This document shows, one piece after another, positions 41,736 to 64,000 of a stretch of 64,000 nucleotides of DNA. The position numbers were made by a program, and so were the translations under genes. Source of the stretch: the human T2T-CHM13v2.0 reference genome, Homo sapiens; assembly GCA_009914755.4 (NCBI GenBank), contig CP086569.2, positions 29,280,001 through 29,344,000 on the forward strand, written 5' to 3'. The notes below the pieces were generated by a model. It worked only from the letters and a program-made list of their open reading frames with translations, was not told where the DNA came from and made no database searches. Each line of letters opens with the position of its first letter. The first letter of the stretch is position 1.

Positions 41736-42300
41736 ATATTTTTTAAATGAAAAAAAATTTCAAAGGTATTCTGCTTGGTACAATAATCAAATGTATAAAC
41801 TGAGGAATAAAACATAACCATGAAACCTACTTATAACTGCATATGGAAAATACAGAGGATAATTTTTTAAATAACATATTTTGAAAGCCTTAACTAGTAA
41901 TTTGAAGAGTTGGCATTTGAAAGGCCAGTATGAATATACCTTCAAAGCAGCAACACAGGTTCCCCATGAGAAAAAGCAAACTCAGGGAAAATAAAACCAC
42001 AAAGGCTCAATCTCTTCTGACCTTTGAAAGACACAGCACAGACAGTGGTCCTTAGGACGAAGAGCAGGAGACCCCTAATTCTGTCACCATGGCGATAGGG
42101 CATAAACATTGCTGGGTAAGGGCACAATCCACATTGTGAGGTCCAACTGCTGCCAGGAAGACAGGAGTGCTTTTACATAGACCGAAAGGTCATTGAAGTC
42201 TCAGAGTTTCGTTTCAAGAACTGAATCCCAAGCCCACACGTTATTAGGCTGCGATTCTTAAAACAAGTTATGAGATGGGAAAAAGGGCACCCACAAACAT
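41736..42300. other. About 0.57-kb non-AT-rich segment of the DYZ2-type unit whose origin is not recognisable by eye. Representative copy; it recurs once per unit at ~44153, ~46567, ~48985, ~51343, ~53763, ~56183, ~58597, ~61009 and ~63429.
   Basis: It lies between the Alu and the AT-rich block. GC content is ~40% against ~15% in the flanks. It carries a fortuitous 61-aa minus-strand ORF. Copies are >97% identical. Confidence 0.7.
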
Positions 42301-43830
42301 ACGTATACATTATGTATATAATAATATACAGTATCATATATATAATATATATAACCTATGTATAATATTGTTTTACATCCTGCATCTTATGTTATATATA
42401 TTGTATAAAATATAATAATTGATAATATATAAGTTTTATATTTATACAATATGACATATAGTATATATTATAATTTATGACATATATAATATATTTTATA
42501 TATCATATATAGAATATATTATACGGTTAATATACGTATTAAATATAAATTATACATTATATATATTGTATATAATATATCTGTTATATATAATACCCAT
42601 TATGCATAATATATATATTATGTCTATGTTATATATAGTATAAAACAACATATAATAATATATAATTGTATATATAAAATGCGACATATAATATATATTA
42701 TATTTTACGATATATGTAATATATATTATATTTTTTATATAATACGTTGTATGTATAATACCTATATTAAATATATATTATATGACTATGTTATTAATTA
42801 CATGTCACATATGTTATATATTATATATTTTACATAGAATATACGGGTTACATACAATATATACTATGTTACCTATAATGTATAATTTATTACATGTAAA
42901 ATAAAGAATGCAATATATTATGTATAATTTATAATATACAATATGTGGAATGTGATATATATAACATATAATATATGATGTATGATATACAGTATATGAT
43001 ATATAACATACAATATATGATACCTAATATATATGGTATACAATATATATTTTATGATATGAATTCTATATGTTTTATATTCTGTTACATATAACTATTT
43101 GAAATTATATATAACTGTATAATATTTTATGTAAATATGTAATATAATATATATAACTATATAATATATTATATGTAACTATATATTATGTTATATATAC
43201 TTTTATAACATAATTTACATAAAATATCATAATATAATATATATTATATTATTTCATATTACATAATATATATTACATATCACCCAATATAAGTAACATA
43301 CATAATATTATAATATAGATTATATTGTTATATTAAATATCATATATATCATGTATCATATATTCTATAATATATATTATATATTATATAATATGTATGT
43401 TGTCTATTATGTGATATATATAACTATATATAATTATATTATTATACATATAACTAGATAAACATGTAATTCTACATATTTTCATTTATAATATATAGAA
43501 TTATATAATCATATATAATTATTTATATTCTATAAAAAATTATATCATTATATAAATTATAATATATAAAAATTATAATATGTACTACAAATATATATAT
43601 TATATATCATATATGATATAGTACCTTTGTTTTATATCATAATACATATAAATGTGTTTTATGTTATCTATAATTATCTAATTTCATATATAAGATGTAT
43701 AATATGTATTATATATTATATATGCTATGTAATATATATAGTATATATAAGCTGACACAGGATAAATATTATATACTATGACATATAAAATATATGAGGT
43801 TATATGTTACATATAAGGCATAGCACATAA

Positions 43831-64000
<20,170 letters not shown>

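Overview
This window is primate (human-type) constitutive heterochromatin and contains no supportable protein-coding gene, RNA gene or prokaryote-style system. Two different tandem satellite arrays meet at a sharp junction.

(1) Positions 1..40748 are an HSat3-type satellite. The + strand is built from GGAAT pentamers and their degenerate variants (CGAAT, GCAAT, GGAGT and so on). It is organised as a higher-order repeat (HOR) with a period of 3529-3559 bp, giving about 11.4 copies that are roughly 98-99% identical. Unit lengths differ almost entirely in multiples of 5 bp.

(2) Positions 40749..64000 are a 2.41-2.42 kb composite tandem repeat, with about 9.6 copies. Each unit has three parts: about 1.55 kb of very AT-rich low-complexity sequence, a nearly full-length CpG-decayed Alu on the minus strand, and about 0.57 kb of non-AT-rich sequence with no recognisable repeat motif.

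A 3.5-kb HSat3 HOR sitting directly next to a 2.4-kb AT-rich, Alu-containing repeat is the textbook signature of DYZ1 (HSat3) and DYZ2 (HSat1B) from human Yq12. That locus assignment rests on established knowledge and is not proven by the sequence alone.

Every ORF in the supplied six-frame track is a frame artefact of the repeats. Examples are W/N/G/M/E-rich peptides read from GGAAT and F/H/S/I/P-rich peptides read from ATTCC. Each ORF recurs at the HOR period only because the units are near-identical.

The points worth a second look are these: the exact DYZ1/DYZ2 breakpoint; HOR units that form recently amplified blocks of two or three consecutive near-identical copies; a mosaic of pentamer-count subtypes in one pure (GGAAT)n tract; a 58-bp deletion variant in one DYZ2 unit; and a 16-bp internal duplication inside the Alu that is shared by all DYZ2 units.
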